A DNA stretch of 64,000 nucleotides from Bacteroidia bacterium (GTDB taxonomy: Bacteria; Bacteroidota; Bacteroidia; NS11-12g; UBA9320): NCBI GenBank assembly GCA_028247315.1, contig JAOKFZ010000006.1, positions 1,403 through 65,402 on the forward strand, written 5' to 3'. Made by a program: the position numbers and the translations under genes. The stretch's first letter is position 1; the number at the start of each line of letters is the position of its first letter. This document shows positions 1-9,581 of the stretch, piece by piece. A model generated the notes under the pieces. It made no database searches and had not been told where the DNA came from. It saw only the letters and a list, made by a program, of their open reading frames with translations.

Positions 1-3000
1 CAAGTACGATATGGTTGCTTTAAAAGCAGTGGGATCATTAATAAATAGGAAACTATTATCATCTAAAACGGACATAGTAATGACAGGAGTAGATGAAACA
101 ATATCAAAGTCAAGAATGTGAACGCCATCAAATACAACGTCTAGGATTGGATTTTTTTGATCCTCTTCTACCACATAGGATAGACTTATGAAATTGTTTT
201 CGAGTAGTTCTTCTGGTTGATCAAATTTCGGGTTCACCGATATAATTAAATCATTTTTACCAATGAGGTTGAGCGTAGCTAACTTGTAAGCCAATACGAC
301 AGAGTCACCAGAAGCCAATGGTGCGTATCGTTTCATTTCTATGGTGTCGCTTGTATTGTTGTTCCTTAGATTAACAGTATGCACCAAGAGGCTGTCCATA
401 TCGTAGCTAGAAATATTCTTATAAGCGATGGTAAAGCGAATAGAATCGCCTTGTTGAATGGTGTCATGTGATTGTTCGAAAATAATATCGGGCATCAATG
501 AACCCTCAGGAACGCCGTCATACAGTACAGTCCATCTATCTTGAGCAGCGGGCGTTCTTCTATCTTCGTCTTTATAGTGAGCACGCACCTTTAGGTTAGG
601 GTAGCTACTCGCGTCGATAAAAGATAAATCAACTGTTTTAGCATCGGTAGGAGGGACCATTACGGTATCTGTTTGATCGGGTCTTACCCCCAATATAGAA
701 TACGCTACCGTATCTGCGTCAGTATCTCTACTATCGCCTAGTATTCTATAAAATTGTTTCCAGCTCTTAGATGGACCAACGTTTTGTGTTGTGAGGTTTC
801 CAGAAGTGAGTAGCGGTGAGAATTGTTTGGACCCGGGTATGAGTTGATCGTGTGGGTCTAGGATAGATTGATAGTTTGCAACAAGTTCTATAGCGTCCCC
901 TATATCATCCCCTTTGAATCCCATGAGACCATATGGGTCACCGTGATTAATAGTTCTTATTTTGGCAGCTCCAAATTGCTCTAGTGCTGTAAAAAGAGAA
1001 TCTGACCAAGTTTCTAAGTCTACATCTCCATTGATAAGAAAGAATAAATGCCAGCCCTGAGGAATACGTCCAAGAAGATTATACATAGAATCTCTTTGGA
1101 CAGGTATTTTTGGGTTAAAGAAGTATACCCCAGATTTTTTACCCGCTTCGTAATATTTAACGCCAGGGATCTCATCTCTAGTTCTATTGGTGAGATTATA
1201 GATGTTGTTTTCTTCGCTATATCGATCAAGGTTGTCAGGGTTTACAGCCATCATTTCTACTTGGTTTCGGGCATATCTTCCTTGAGCTTTTTTGTTATCG
1301 TCGATTATATTTATTTTGAACCATGTAGTATTTATTCCTCCTGGATACACGTCATATCTGCCAGAGAGTGTTCGCTTAAAAGCAAGTCGATTCTTAGCAG
1401 TATCAATCCCTATAGTTTGGCTAGTTGCTTCGGCAAGTTTTGATGTATATCCCTGTGACCATCCACTCGGGCTATTGAAAATAAGCGAGAAGGTTGATTG
1501 AACATACTTCCTAGAATTGTTGACATCTGAGGCAAATACTGCACGCCAAAAGAAATCGGTACTATCAAAAGGGGGTAGGATAAAGGTATGCTCTATAATG
1601 TTATCAGCTACAACCTCATTAGACACTTGTAATATTGGACTATTAAAAAGTGGAGTGGTATCTATTTGAAAAATTACAGCATTGTTTTTTATGAGAATAT
1701 TATTGTTCTGTACTTTCAAGGTTACATCAGCAAAGGGTTGAATAGCATCCTTTTTAGGATAGAGAACAGATAGTCTATTTGAAGGAAGAGAGAATGTGAA
1801 GTCAAATGTATTGTTTGTTTCTCCTAAGGGACTAAGTTCTGCTATGCTGTCTCCATAGTCTATTGTTACTGTAGCAGTTTGAATACCGGCACTAAACTCA
1901 TTTATAGGTAGCCAAAATAGAACAGAAGAAGTGTTGTATACTGGACCAAAGCTTCTAGGTCCAAAGTTGCGGATTGAGTCATTGCTATATTTTATAGACA
2001 CGTATACTAGGGGAGCTTTGTTGTCTGCTCTACCAACGTTTTTTAAGTCTAGTTTTATAGCAAATGTGTCTAACTCTGTATTAGCATTTGAAGGGAAAAG
2101 AGCTCCACTTGATGTTCTGTCCGGTATATCTATTTGGTAATCAGGTTTATCTGGTGCGTATAATTTTATAGCGGGGTCACCATGATATGTCATTTGTCTG
2201 CATTGTGACCTATTGAAATTATTCGAAGGACTTTGGTACTCGTTGATGGTTGTGGCAATTACATCTCCAATACTTGCTCCGTAATTGTCATTGTATAAGT
2301 TTTGATAAAAGAGTGTGGTCCAATCTGAAAGAGGACCAACATATCCGTATGCACTACTTGCTATCCAGGCGATACCACCTGTTTTTTCTTCAAACAGAAA
2401 TTCTTCGGGCAAGGAGATATCTGAGTATGTATTTCCAAGAGCACAGCCATTGAAAACAAAAAGCGGGTACTTACCTTCATTGTCTAATTGATTTGGTTTC
2501 CCTATATCTAATTCTAGTATTTGTGATGCACCATGACCGAAATAGCTTAGAGTATTAATTCCTTGATTTATAGACGATTGTATGTTTTTTACAAGTGATT
2601 TATCAATTTCCGTAGCCTCTCGCTTGTTAATGAATATTCCTTCTGCACCAAATTTTTCTCTTTTCATGGCGTTGTAAAAGATATTTTGCTTCGTTTCAAG
2701 TGTGTTTTGTTCTGACTCGCCTACTCCCCCAGTAAGAAAGAGTACTTTTTTTGCATTTGTAAGATACTGCTCATGTAACCTTAGTTTGTACAGATACTTT
2801 CGTACATCCTCATTGGTAAGGGCAGGAATACGTCCTATCGCCATTACTGGAGCGAGATTGTTTGGTGTGTAATCAGTTACGAACGGGTAGTCAGAGCCGG
2901 GTTCACCCCAAGTAGGCACTAAGTTTCCAAATTCTCTACGAGAATAATTGAATCGTGTTAAAAAGTAACTCTGACCTTTGCCTAATAATAGAACATGCTT

Positions 3001-4422
3001 TGGCTTATTAGTTTGTGAGGTATAGATATCCTTACAAAAATTCTTTAGTGCAATGGGATGCTTGAGGCCGTAGTAGTACTTTTCGTAAATGTCTGGCATA
3101 TATACAATAAGCACGTTAAATCCGCCACCAATTGAAGATTCTCTGTAGGTCTTGTACTCCAAAGCACTTTCAGATAGTTTCGGATGTGTCACAATAATGT
3201 AGTTATGATCAGTGGTAGAGTAATCAGAATTGTCAAAATTGACTTCTGAAATGGCAGATGCTGGGATAATTCTCTTTGTTGCATCATCTACTATTTTTAA
3301 TTCCTTTGATCCTGTAGTTGAGGTGTTAAACCTAAGGACTGATCCTGAAACATCACCGGATATTCTACGCTTATTGGTTAGATCAATAATTGTTGCCGAA
3401 GTGCCTTCGAAATTTGTGAACGCAAAAAAGTCGTTTGACGCTGAATAGTCAAATTCAAAATAATCTTTGCCACTTAAATTAAGATTTCGAGGATAATCAA
3501 TTCTGATATAGGACACAGCGTGTCTTCCTCTGGCAAGGTAGGTAGACTGAAAGGATACCGGAGTTGTAATTCCAACTAGATTAGAAGGTATAGTTAAAAT
3601 AGGAGCATTTAAATCACTTTCTATTCGCGTATAGCCAGAATGCGTTTTGCCATAAAGAAAAGTAGTGCCAACACTCACCTCTATTCTGTGGTTTTGACCG
3701 TTCACGCTCTGGTCAGGATTGGATTTACCATAGACCGAAAAACGAAGCTCTGGGTCAGGCCCTGAATTATTGTACTCTTCTGTATTGATATTGTTTACAC
3801 GGTTTAGCGATGTAGCAATATAAGGGCCAAACCATCCTTCTCCTTCGCTGTATTCTGAAAACGCACCGGGGCTATTATATGGACTGCCATCATAAAACTC
3901 TTCGGAAGTACCATTGGAATAGTATTTTACAGATTCATACCAAATCCAATCATCACTGGTTTTGCCCGAATAGTTTCCGTCATAATAGTTCGTTAATCGT
4001 TTCCCTAGAGTAGAGGCAGACCATGTCAAATAGTAATTGGTCGTATCTTGATACAAGCTCATGTATTTATGGGGTTGTTGTTCTGGAGTCAAATACAGTG
4101 GTTCATCTAGCTCACCGTCATTCTTTTCACCATAAAATTCTATAAAATCACCCGATCCAAAGCTATTATCGTCCTGTCCAGCAACATAAATGTGCTGCTC
4201 TTCACCATTTTTATATAATTGAATATTTTTAGCATCAATAGAAACAACAGGGACACCAGCAGCTACTAAATCAGCATAATTAATTGTATATATTTGGTTT
4301 TCACCAACTTCTATTTTATAGTATTGCTGCGTAGGTACTATCCACTCATTGCCATTTTGAGCTAGGGTGTAGGTAGCGAATACAAAGTAGACAAAGCACA
4401 GTAGACTTAATTTTCTGTTCAT
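1..4422 (-). CDS. C25 family (gingipain-like) cysteine peptidase, PorU-like paralog ('PorU2' type); 3' end runs off the window
   Basis: Not in the ORF track. Manual translation from ATG at 4422 gives MNRKLSLLCFVYFVFATYTLAQNGNEWIVPTQQYYKIEVGENQIY (signal peptide plus C25 N-terminal region), the catalytic motifs SYFGHGAS...FVFNGC, the motif YHGDPAIKL, and near position 1 DQKNPILDVVFDGVHILDFDIVS. I sampled three segments, all in the same frame. The track reports no stop-terminated ORF in this frame, so it is open to position 1. Confidence 0.88.
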   Translation of the reverse strand, partial: MNRKLSLLCFVYFVFATYTLAQNGNEWIVPTQQYYKIEVGENQIYTINYADLVAAGVPVVSIDAKNIQLYKNGEEQHIYVAGQDDNSFGSGDFIEFYGEKNDGELDEPLYLTPEQQPHKYMSLYQDTTNYYLTWSASTLGKRLTNYYDGNYSGKTSDDWIWYESVKYYSNGTSEEFYDGSPYNSPGAFSEYSEGEGWFGPYIATSLNRVNNINTEEYNNSGPDPELRFSVYGKSNPDQSVNGQNHRIEVSVGTTFLYGKTHSGYTRIESDLNAPILTIPSNLVGITTPVSFQSTYLARGRHAVSYIRIDYPRNLNLSGKDYFEFDYSASNDFFAFTNFEGTSATIIDLTNKRRISGDVSGSVLRFNTSTTGSKELKIVDDATKRIIPASAISEVNFDNSDYSTTDHNYIIVTHPKLSESALEYKTYRESSIGGGFNVLIVYMPDIYEKYYYGLKHPIALKNFCKDIYTSQTNKPKHVLLLGKGQSYFLTRFNYSRREFGNLVPTWGEPGSDYPFVTDYTPNNLAPVMAIGRIPALTNEDVRKYLYKLRLHEQYLTNAKKVLFLTGGVGESEQNTLETKQNIFYNAMKREKFGAEGIFINKREATEIDKSLVKNIQSSINQGINTLSYFGHGASQILELDIGKPNQLDNEGKYPLFVFNGCALGNTYSDISLPEEFLFEEKTGGIAWIASSAYGYVGPLSDWTTLFYQNLYNDNYGASIGDVIATTINEYQSPSNNFNRSQCRQMTYHGDPAIKLYAPDKPDYQIDIPDRTSSGALFPSNANTELDTFAIKLDLKNVGRADNKAPLVYVSIKYSNDSIRNFGPRSFGPVYNTSSVLFWLPINEFSAGIQTATVTIDYGDSIAELSPLGETNNTFDFTFSLPSNRLSVLYPKKDAIQPFADVTLKVQNNNILIKNNAVIFQIDTTPLFNSPILQVSNEVVADNIIEHTFILPPFDSTDFFWRAVFASDVNNSRKYVQSTFSLIFNSPSGWSQGYTSKLAEATSQTIGIDTAKNRLAFKRTLSGRYDVYPGGINTTWFKINIIDDNKKAQGRYARNQVEMMAVNPDNLDRYSEENNIYNLTNRTRDEIPGVKYYEAGKKSGVYFFNPKIPVQRDSMYNLLGRIPQGWHLFFLINGDVDLETWSDSLFTALEQFGAAKIRTINHGDPYGLMGFKGDDIGDAIELVANYQSILDPHDQLIPGSKQFSPLLTSGNLTTQNVGPSKSWKQFYRILGDSRDTDADTVAYSILGVRPDQTDTVMVPPTDAKTVDLSFIDASSYPNLKVRAHYKDEDRRTPAAQDRWTVLYDGVPEGSLMPDIIFEQSHDTIQQGDSIRFTIAYKNISSYDMDSLLVHTVNLRNNNTSDTIEMKRYAPLASGDSVVLAYKLATLNLIGKNDLIISVNPKFDQPEELLENNFISLSYVVEEDQKNPILDVVFDGVHILDFDIVSSTPVITMSVLDDNSFLFINDPTAFKATISYL

Positions 4423-4445
4423 AATCTTAATAAAAACTAATTGGA

Positions 4446-4453
4446 CAAATTTA
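4446..4453 (-). promoter_or_regulatory. Bacteroidota -7 promoter box (TAAATTTG) for the C25 peptidase gene
   Basis: Exact TAnnTTTG match 23 nt upstream of the ATG. Confidence 0.6.
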
Positions 4454-4563
4454 AGAAAATATACGTTTAATACCTTGGGAGTAGCTTTACTTTGACGTTA
4501 AAATTGTAATTTTTTGGAAATTTTTTCTTACTTTAAGATTTTTTATCTTCGCATTACATTCAT

Positions 4564-5256
4564 ATGAACAAAGTAGTACAAAGTGCAGAGGAGGCAATTG
4601 CCGGGATAAGTGATGGAATGACCCTAATGCTAGGAGGTTTTGGCCTTTGTGGTATTCCAGAAAACAGTATCTATGCACTCGTAAAATCGGGTGTAAAAAA
4701 ACTGACCTGTATCAGTAACAACGCTGGAGTAGACGATTTTGGCATTGGTCTATTGCTGCAAGGCAAACAGGTAAAAAAGATGATATCCTCCTATGTAGGA
4801 GAAAATGTGGAGTTTGAAAGGCAACTACTAAATGGAGAGTTAGAGGTGGAATTATTACCACAAGGAACACTAGCAGAGCGATGTAGAGCCGCTGGAGCAG
4901 GAATACCTGCTTTTTTTACACCTGCAGGATACGGTACGGAAGTAGCAGAAGGCAAAGAAGTGCGGGAGTTCAATGGTAAAAAGTATATCATGGAAGAAGC
5001 TTTTAAATCAGATTATGCAATTGTAAAAGCGTGGAAAGGTGATACCGATGGGAATTTGATTTTTAAAGCTACCGCTCGTAATTTTAATCCCATGATGGCT
5101 ATGGCAGGTAAAACCACTATTGCGGAAGTAGAAGAACTGCTAAAACCAGGCGAGTTAGATCCTAATTTTATTCATACACCTGGTATTTTTGTTAATAGAA
5201 TTTTTCAAGGTTCCAACTACGAAAAAAGAATAGAACAACGTACGATTTCGAAATGA
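4564..5256 (+). CDS. scoA: 3-oxoacid CoA-transferase subunit A
   Basis: [23 protein letters not shown] and PQGTLAER motifs. Confidence 0.95.
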   Translation: MNKVVQSAEEAIAGISDGMTLMLGGFGLCGIPENSIYALVKSGVKKLTCISNNAGVDDFGIGLLLQGKQVKKMISSYVGENVEFERQLLNGELEVELLPQGTLAERCRAAGAGIPAFFTPAGYGTEVAEGKEVREFNGKKYIMEEAFKSDYAIVKAWKGDTDGNLIFKATARNFNPMMAMAGKTTIAEVEELLKPGELDPNFIHTPGIFVNRIFQGSNYEKRIEQRTISK

Positions 5257-5948
5257 AACTCTACTACATCTGGTCATCGGGTATAGAAGCTTTGCATCAT
5301 TTGTTCCAAGCCAATCATAAATATCAAGACGCATTTGAAATAATAGATGACAAAATTGTACAATTGGAAGGAGAAAGCGTTTTTAAGTCCAACGTTTGGC
5401 ACAATGCCGTTTTGCAAAAGACTATCAGGGATTACACTGCACTCAAAAAAAATCCAAATAAAATTATGGTTTTCAGTGACCCGGATATATGTATCTATGA
5501 TGCTGAAAAATTAAGGGCATACTTGGAAAATAGAATTGCCGGGGAAGATCTGGAATTTTTAGCAATGCAAGAATCACACTATGATGTGCATAACGGAGGG
5601 TTTTTGTGCGTCAGAAGTACGAAGAATACACTAGATTTATACGAGAAGTCTATTAAAGTACTTCGCTACTTTATATCTGCAAGATCAAAACCATTATTGA
5701 AACCCTTGTTGTGGTTGAAGTTTGGGATTTGGGACTTACCCTATCTAGATCAGACTATAATGAATAAGTACCTAAAAGAAGGTGGAGTGAATTACGCTTA
5801 TATCCCAGGAAATATTGGTTGTTGGGGAGATGACGTAATCACAGAAGATACCTTATTTCACCATGCAGTGTGTACGACCAATCAAGATGAGAAACTCTTG
5901 CTATTGAAAAACAAACAAATAGAATTTAATAAATTTCATAATTGCTAA
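5253..5948 (+). CDS. Putative nucleotide-diphospho-sugar transferase (GT-A fold, GT77/PF03407-like)
   Basis: DxD motif (VFSDPDICI), [16 protein letters not shown] and a C-terminal HHA appear in the order typical of this family. No signal peptide. Confidence 0.6.
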   Translation: MKLYYIWSSGIEALHHLFQANHKYQDAFEIIDDKIVQLEGESVFKSNVWHNAVLQKTIRDYTALKKNPNKIMVFSDPDICIYDAEKLRAYLENRIAGEDLEFLAMQESHYDVHNGGFLCVRSTKNTLDLYEKSIKVLRYFISARSKPLLKPLLWLKFGIWDLPYLDQTIMNKYLKEGGVNYAYIPGNIGCWGDDVITEDTLFHHAVCTTNQDEKLLLLKNKQIEFNKFHNC

Positions 5949-5970
5949 TGCAATATATTTGACCAATACT

Positions 5971-6624
5971 ATGCTCACCAAAGAACAAATAGCCCAACGT
6001 ATAGCCAAAGAGCTAAAAGACGGATTCTACGTAAATTTAGGAATAGGAATACCAACACTAGTGGCCAATTATGTGCCAAAAGATATGGATGTAACCCTAC
6101 AAAGCGAGAACGGTCTTTTGGGTATGGGGCTATTCCCTACCGAGGATGATATAGACGCAGATCTCATCAATGCAGGTAAGCAGACCGTGACCACCTTGCC
6201 TGGCTCCGTTTTCTTTGATAGTGCCACGAGTTTTGCCATGATACGCAGTGGCAGAGTAGATCTCACGGTGCTGGGTGCTATGGAGGTAAACGAGAAGGGT
6301 GATATTGCCAACTGGAAAATACCCGGTAAAATGGTAAAAGGCATGGGTGGAGCCATGGATCTTGTAGCGTCAGCTCAAAATATAATAGTAGCTATGCAAC
6401 ATACCAATAGAGCAGGAGCGAGTAAGTTGCTTAAAGAACTTAGTTTGCCAGTGACTGGTCTTGGTTGTGTGAAAAAAGTAGTGACCAATCTATGCGTGAT
6501 GGATATTACTGAGCGAGGATTTGAGTTGCGTGAATTGGCTCCTGGGGTACGTATTGATGATGTAAAAGCTGCCACTGAAGGTAAGCTAATAGTAGAGGGA
6601 GATATTCAGGATATTCGCTTTTAA
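5971..6624 (+). CDS. scoB: 3-oxoacid CoA-transferase subunit B
   Basis: VNLGIGIPT, catalytic QSENG and GMGGAMDL motifs. ATG 5971 preferred over the track's TTG 5959. Confidence 0.95.
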   Translation: MLTKEQIAQRIAKELKDGFYVNLGIGIPTLVANYVPKDMDVTLQSENGLLGMGLFPTEDDIDADLINAGKQTVTTLPGSVFFDSATSFAMIRSGRVDLTVLGAMEVNEKGDIANWKIPGKMVKGMGGAMDLVASAQNIIVAMQHTNRAGASKLLKELSLPVTGLGCVKKVVTNLCVMDITERGFELRELAPGVRIDDVKAATEGKLIVEGDIQDIRF

Positions 6625-6649
6625 AAGGAGCTTTTATTGGACGTTTTTG

Positions 6650-7480
6650 TTATTTTGGTCGGCATATTAACCACTTCATAATAGCAGGTCTTTCTTCTGC
6701 AAGAATGTTCTTTTTCTGACCAAGAGACATGTTTGCTAACTCAATATGCGAGCTGTCTAATGCTTTGATTATGTCATCTGTACTAAGTATCGTTTCTACA
6801 GTATGCGTTTTGCTAAATAAATGTATAAGGTAGGTAGATATCTCTATGTCAAATAGGTCGTGCGTTTCTATGATTAAATCGCATTGGGCAAGATTTTGAA
6901 TATTTTCTTTTGAGAAAAGTTCTTTTTCAAAACCCTCACAGTCACATAGTATTAAGGATTTTCCGGTAAAACGAAAGGAAGCTAAGGCTACAGCATCTAT
7001 ACCAAGATTAGTTTCTATTTTGGATGCTACTCCGTTTAGCTTTGCCATTTCTTTACAAGCTTCTATCGCTGTTTTGTCAAGATCGTACGCATACAGTTTG
7101 TCGCATTGAAATTGCAGTGCCATGCCTACAGCAAAGTATCCTTCGGCACAGCCAATATCCAGTATTTGTGAATATTTTATTTGTTTGAATTCGTGTAATA
7201 TGCCGTGAAGCTCACTCTCATACGATCCAAGTAGTTTTGGGTAAAGAGTACTGCCTTTCGAGGTCATATTGGGGTATTTCATTCCCTTGAACGGTCCATT
7301 TAGCACAGTTAGACTACTAAAAATAGAAGGATGATCGAGGTTTTTAGGTCTTTTTGCAGATGGAGTATCCTCTCGGGAGTTGTAAATTACTCTAGCAGCA
7401 GAAACAAGTGGTTTAATCAAAAACCAAAAAACATCATTTTTTGCTAATTGTTTTAGGAATGAGACTAAGTGACTCTTCAT
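6650..7480 (-). CDS. Class I SAM-dependent methyltransferase, FkbM-like, of the type found in glycan loci
   Basis: ILDIGCAEG SAM motif I, LYAYD, CDCEGFE, and N-terminal GPFKGMKY/KLLGSYESEL. Confidence 0.75.
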   Translation of the reverse strand: MKSHLVSFLKQLAKNDVFWFLIKPLVSAARVIYNSREDTPSAKRPKNLDHPSIFSSLTVLNGPFKGMKYPNMTSKGSTLYPKLLGSYESELHGILHEFKQIKYSQILDIGCAEGYFAVGMALQFQCDKLYAYDLDKTAIEACKEMAKLNGVASKIETNLGIDAVALASFRFTGKSLILCDCEGFEKELFSKENIQNLAQCDLIIETHDLFDIEISTYLIHLFSKTHTVETILSTDDIIKALDSSHIELANMSLGQKKNILAEERPAIMKWLICRPK

Positions 7481-7639
7481 TTTGCTGAAATGTAATCTTT
7501 AATGTCTTGGATCTATGTTGATGCAAAGTACGATTGAATTCTTGTTACTTGTTCTATTTTGAAAGCCCTTTTTGAGAAAAAGAGATCAGTGCCTTATCCC
7601 ATTCACTCTTCTCTGTTTTTGTAAAACCAATACATAACC

Positions 7640-7647
7640 TACCTTTG
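7640..7647 (+). promoter_or_regulatory. -7 promoter box (TACCTTTG) for mdh
   Basis: Exact TAnnTTTG match ending 5 nt before the ATG. Confidence 0.6.
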
Positions 7648-7652
7648 CACCA

Positions 7653-8579
7653 ATGAAAGTAACAGTAGTAGGAGCGGGTGCTGTAGGTGCAAGTTGTGCC
7701 GAGTATATCGCGATAAAAGATTTTGCCGCAGAGGTAGTACTAGTAGATATCAAAGAAGGTTTTGCTGAAGGTAAGGCAATGGACCTTATGCAAACTTCGT
7801 CTCTTAATGGTTTTGATACCAAAATAACTGGAGCAACCAATGACTACAGTAAAACTGCAGGTAGTGATGTTGCTGTTATTACTAGCGGTATTCCACGTAA
7901 GCCAGGAATGACTCGCGAGGAGCTTATCGGTATCAATGCTGGGATAGTAAAAACAGTTTCTTCAAGCATCTTGGAGCATTCACCAGAAGCAATCATAATT
8001 GTAGTTTCTAACCCTATGGATACTATGACTTATCTCGTACATCAAACCACAAATATTCATAAGAGTCGTATCATTGGTATGGGTGGTGCTTTAGATAGTG
8101 CACGTTTTAAGTACAGACTCGCAGAAGCTTTAGGTTGTCCTACGTCTGATGTAGATGGAATGGTAGTAGGCGGTCATAGCGATAAAGGCATGGTTCCTTT
8201 AATAGAGAAAGCAACTAGAAACAGTGTAAATGTTTCTGAGTTTCTTTCTGCAGAAAGAATGGATGAAGTAGTACAAGCTACTAAAGTAGGTGGTGCAACG
8301 CTTACAGGTCTACTAGGTACAAGTGCTTGGTATGCTCCAGGAGCTGCCGTATCCGAATTGGTAAAAGCCATTGCTTTAGATTCACAAAAAATGTTTCCTT
8401 GCTCTGCCTTGTTAGAAGGTGAGTATGGTTTGAATGATCTTTGCATAGGTGTACCTTGTATCCTTGGCAAAAACGGTATAGAGCGTATTGTAGAAGTTTC
8501 TCTATCTGAGGCTGAAAAAGCACACATGATAGAAAGTGCTGCTGGTGTAAGTAAGACGAATGGTCTACTCAACTCTTAA
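7653..8579 (+). CDS. mdh: Malate dehydrogenase (LDH-like)
   Basis: GAGAVG, RKPGMTREEL, VSNPMD, LDSARF and GGHSD motifs. Confidence 0.95.
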   Translation: MKVTVVGAGAVGASCAEYIAIKDFAAEVVLVDIKEGFAEGKAMDLMQTSSLNGFDTKITGATNDYSKTAGSDVAVITSGIPRKPGMTREELIGINAGIVKTVSSSILEHSPEAIIIVVSNPMDTMTYLVHQTTNIHKSRIIGMGGALDSARFKYRLAEALGCPTSDVDGMVVGGHSDKGMVPLIEKATRNSVNVSEFLSAERMDEVVQATKVGGATLTGLLGTSAWYAPGAAVSELVKAIALDSQKMFPCSALLEGEYGLNDLCIGVPCILGKNGIERIVEVSLSEAEKAHMIESAAGVSKTNGLLNS

Positions 8580-8602
8580 AAAACACATAAATACATAGTG
8601 AG

Positions 8603-8631
8603 AGAGCTGCTAGTGATAGCGGCTCTTTTTT
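8603..8631 (+). terminator. Rho-independent terminator after mdh
   Basis: AGAGCTGCTA-GTGA-TAGCGGCTCT stem with GNRA loop and T tract. Confidence 0.75.
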
Positions 8632-8641
8632 ATCGAGAGAA

Positions 8642-9505
8642 ATGTCAAATACGAAGGACAATAGAACCGCGGTAATCTATATGATGCTCGCGTCATTCAT
8701 TTTTGCTATGATGAATTTGATAGTGAAGCACCTCGGAGAAATTCCTGTGGCTCAGATAGTGCTTATGAGGAGTGTAGTAATGCTCATCATAGTGATAGGG
8801 GTAATCAAGTACAAGAAAATTTCTCCCTTTGGTACACACAAGAAACTTCTTGTATTCAGAGGTGTATTTGGCTCCATGGGAATTGCATTTTTCTTTTATA
8901 CATTGCATAATATGCCGCTAGCTAGTGCGGTTGTGGTCCATTATCTCACACCTATTATCACGGTACTTATATCTGTGCTCATTACCCGTGTGAGGATTGC
9001 TCCACTTCGTTGGTTTTTTTTTCTGTTATGCTTTGTAGGTATCTATATTATCAAAGATTTTGACGATAGGGTAGAGACCTTGCCTATTGTGATTGGTGTG
9101 TTGGGAACCATAGCTGCTTCTGCGGCTTATAACGTTATAAGCGTACTCAAAAAAGCAGAACATCACTATGTGATTATGCTTTACTTTCCTTTGGTAACGG
9201 TGCCTCTGGTGTTAACCTATATTGCTCTCACCGGAGATTGGGTATGGACGTCTGCTGCGAATTGGTTTCTTCTTATAATCGTAGGTGCTTGCACCTATTT
9301 TGCTCAATATTTTCTTACTAGAGCATACCAAATAGGAGAGGTGAATAAGGTGAGTATTATCTCGTATTTAGGTATACTCTATGCACTGTTCTTTGGTTTC
9401 TTCTTGTTTGAGGAGTGGTATACGCCTATTGTATTTGTTGGGTTACTATTTGTACTCGCAGGAGTGCTCGGTAATATAGTCTACAAAGGCAATAGGACCG
9501 ACTAG
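8642..9505 (+). CDS. DMT/EamA family transporter
   Basis: About 10 TM helices in two EamA repeats; ends LTRAYQIGEVNKVSIISYLGILY. Confidence 0.85.
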   Translation: MSNTKDNRTAVIYMMLASFIFAMMNLIVKHLGEIPVAQIVLMRSVVMLIIVIGVIKYKKISPFGTHKKLLVFRGVFGSMGIAFFFYTLHNMPLASAVVVHYLTPIITVLISVLITRVRIAPLRWFFFLLCFVGIYIIKDFDDRVETLPIVIGVLGTIAASAAYNVISVLKKAEHHYVIMLYFPLVTVPLVLTYIALTGDWVWTSAANWFLLIIVGACTYFAQYFLTRAYQIGEVNKVSIISYLGILYALFFGFFLFEEWYTPIVFVGLLFVLAGVLGNIVYKGNRTD

Positions 9506-9581
9506 GTATCATACTCTAAAATGGTGTGGGCTGACTGTGCACCAGGTCATAAAATAGAAAGTGTGAGCTGCGGTGTTTTAT

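Noticed and set aside
1020-3448. Short ORFs in the track (1020-1229, 1048-1443, 1292-1501, 1931-2140, 2250-2453, 3230-3448)
   Set aside because: All are antisense or out-of-frame shadows of the long C25 peptidase gene.
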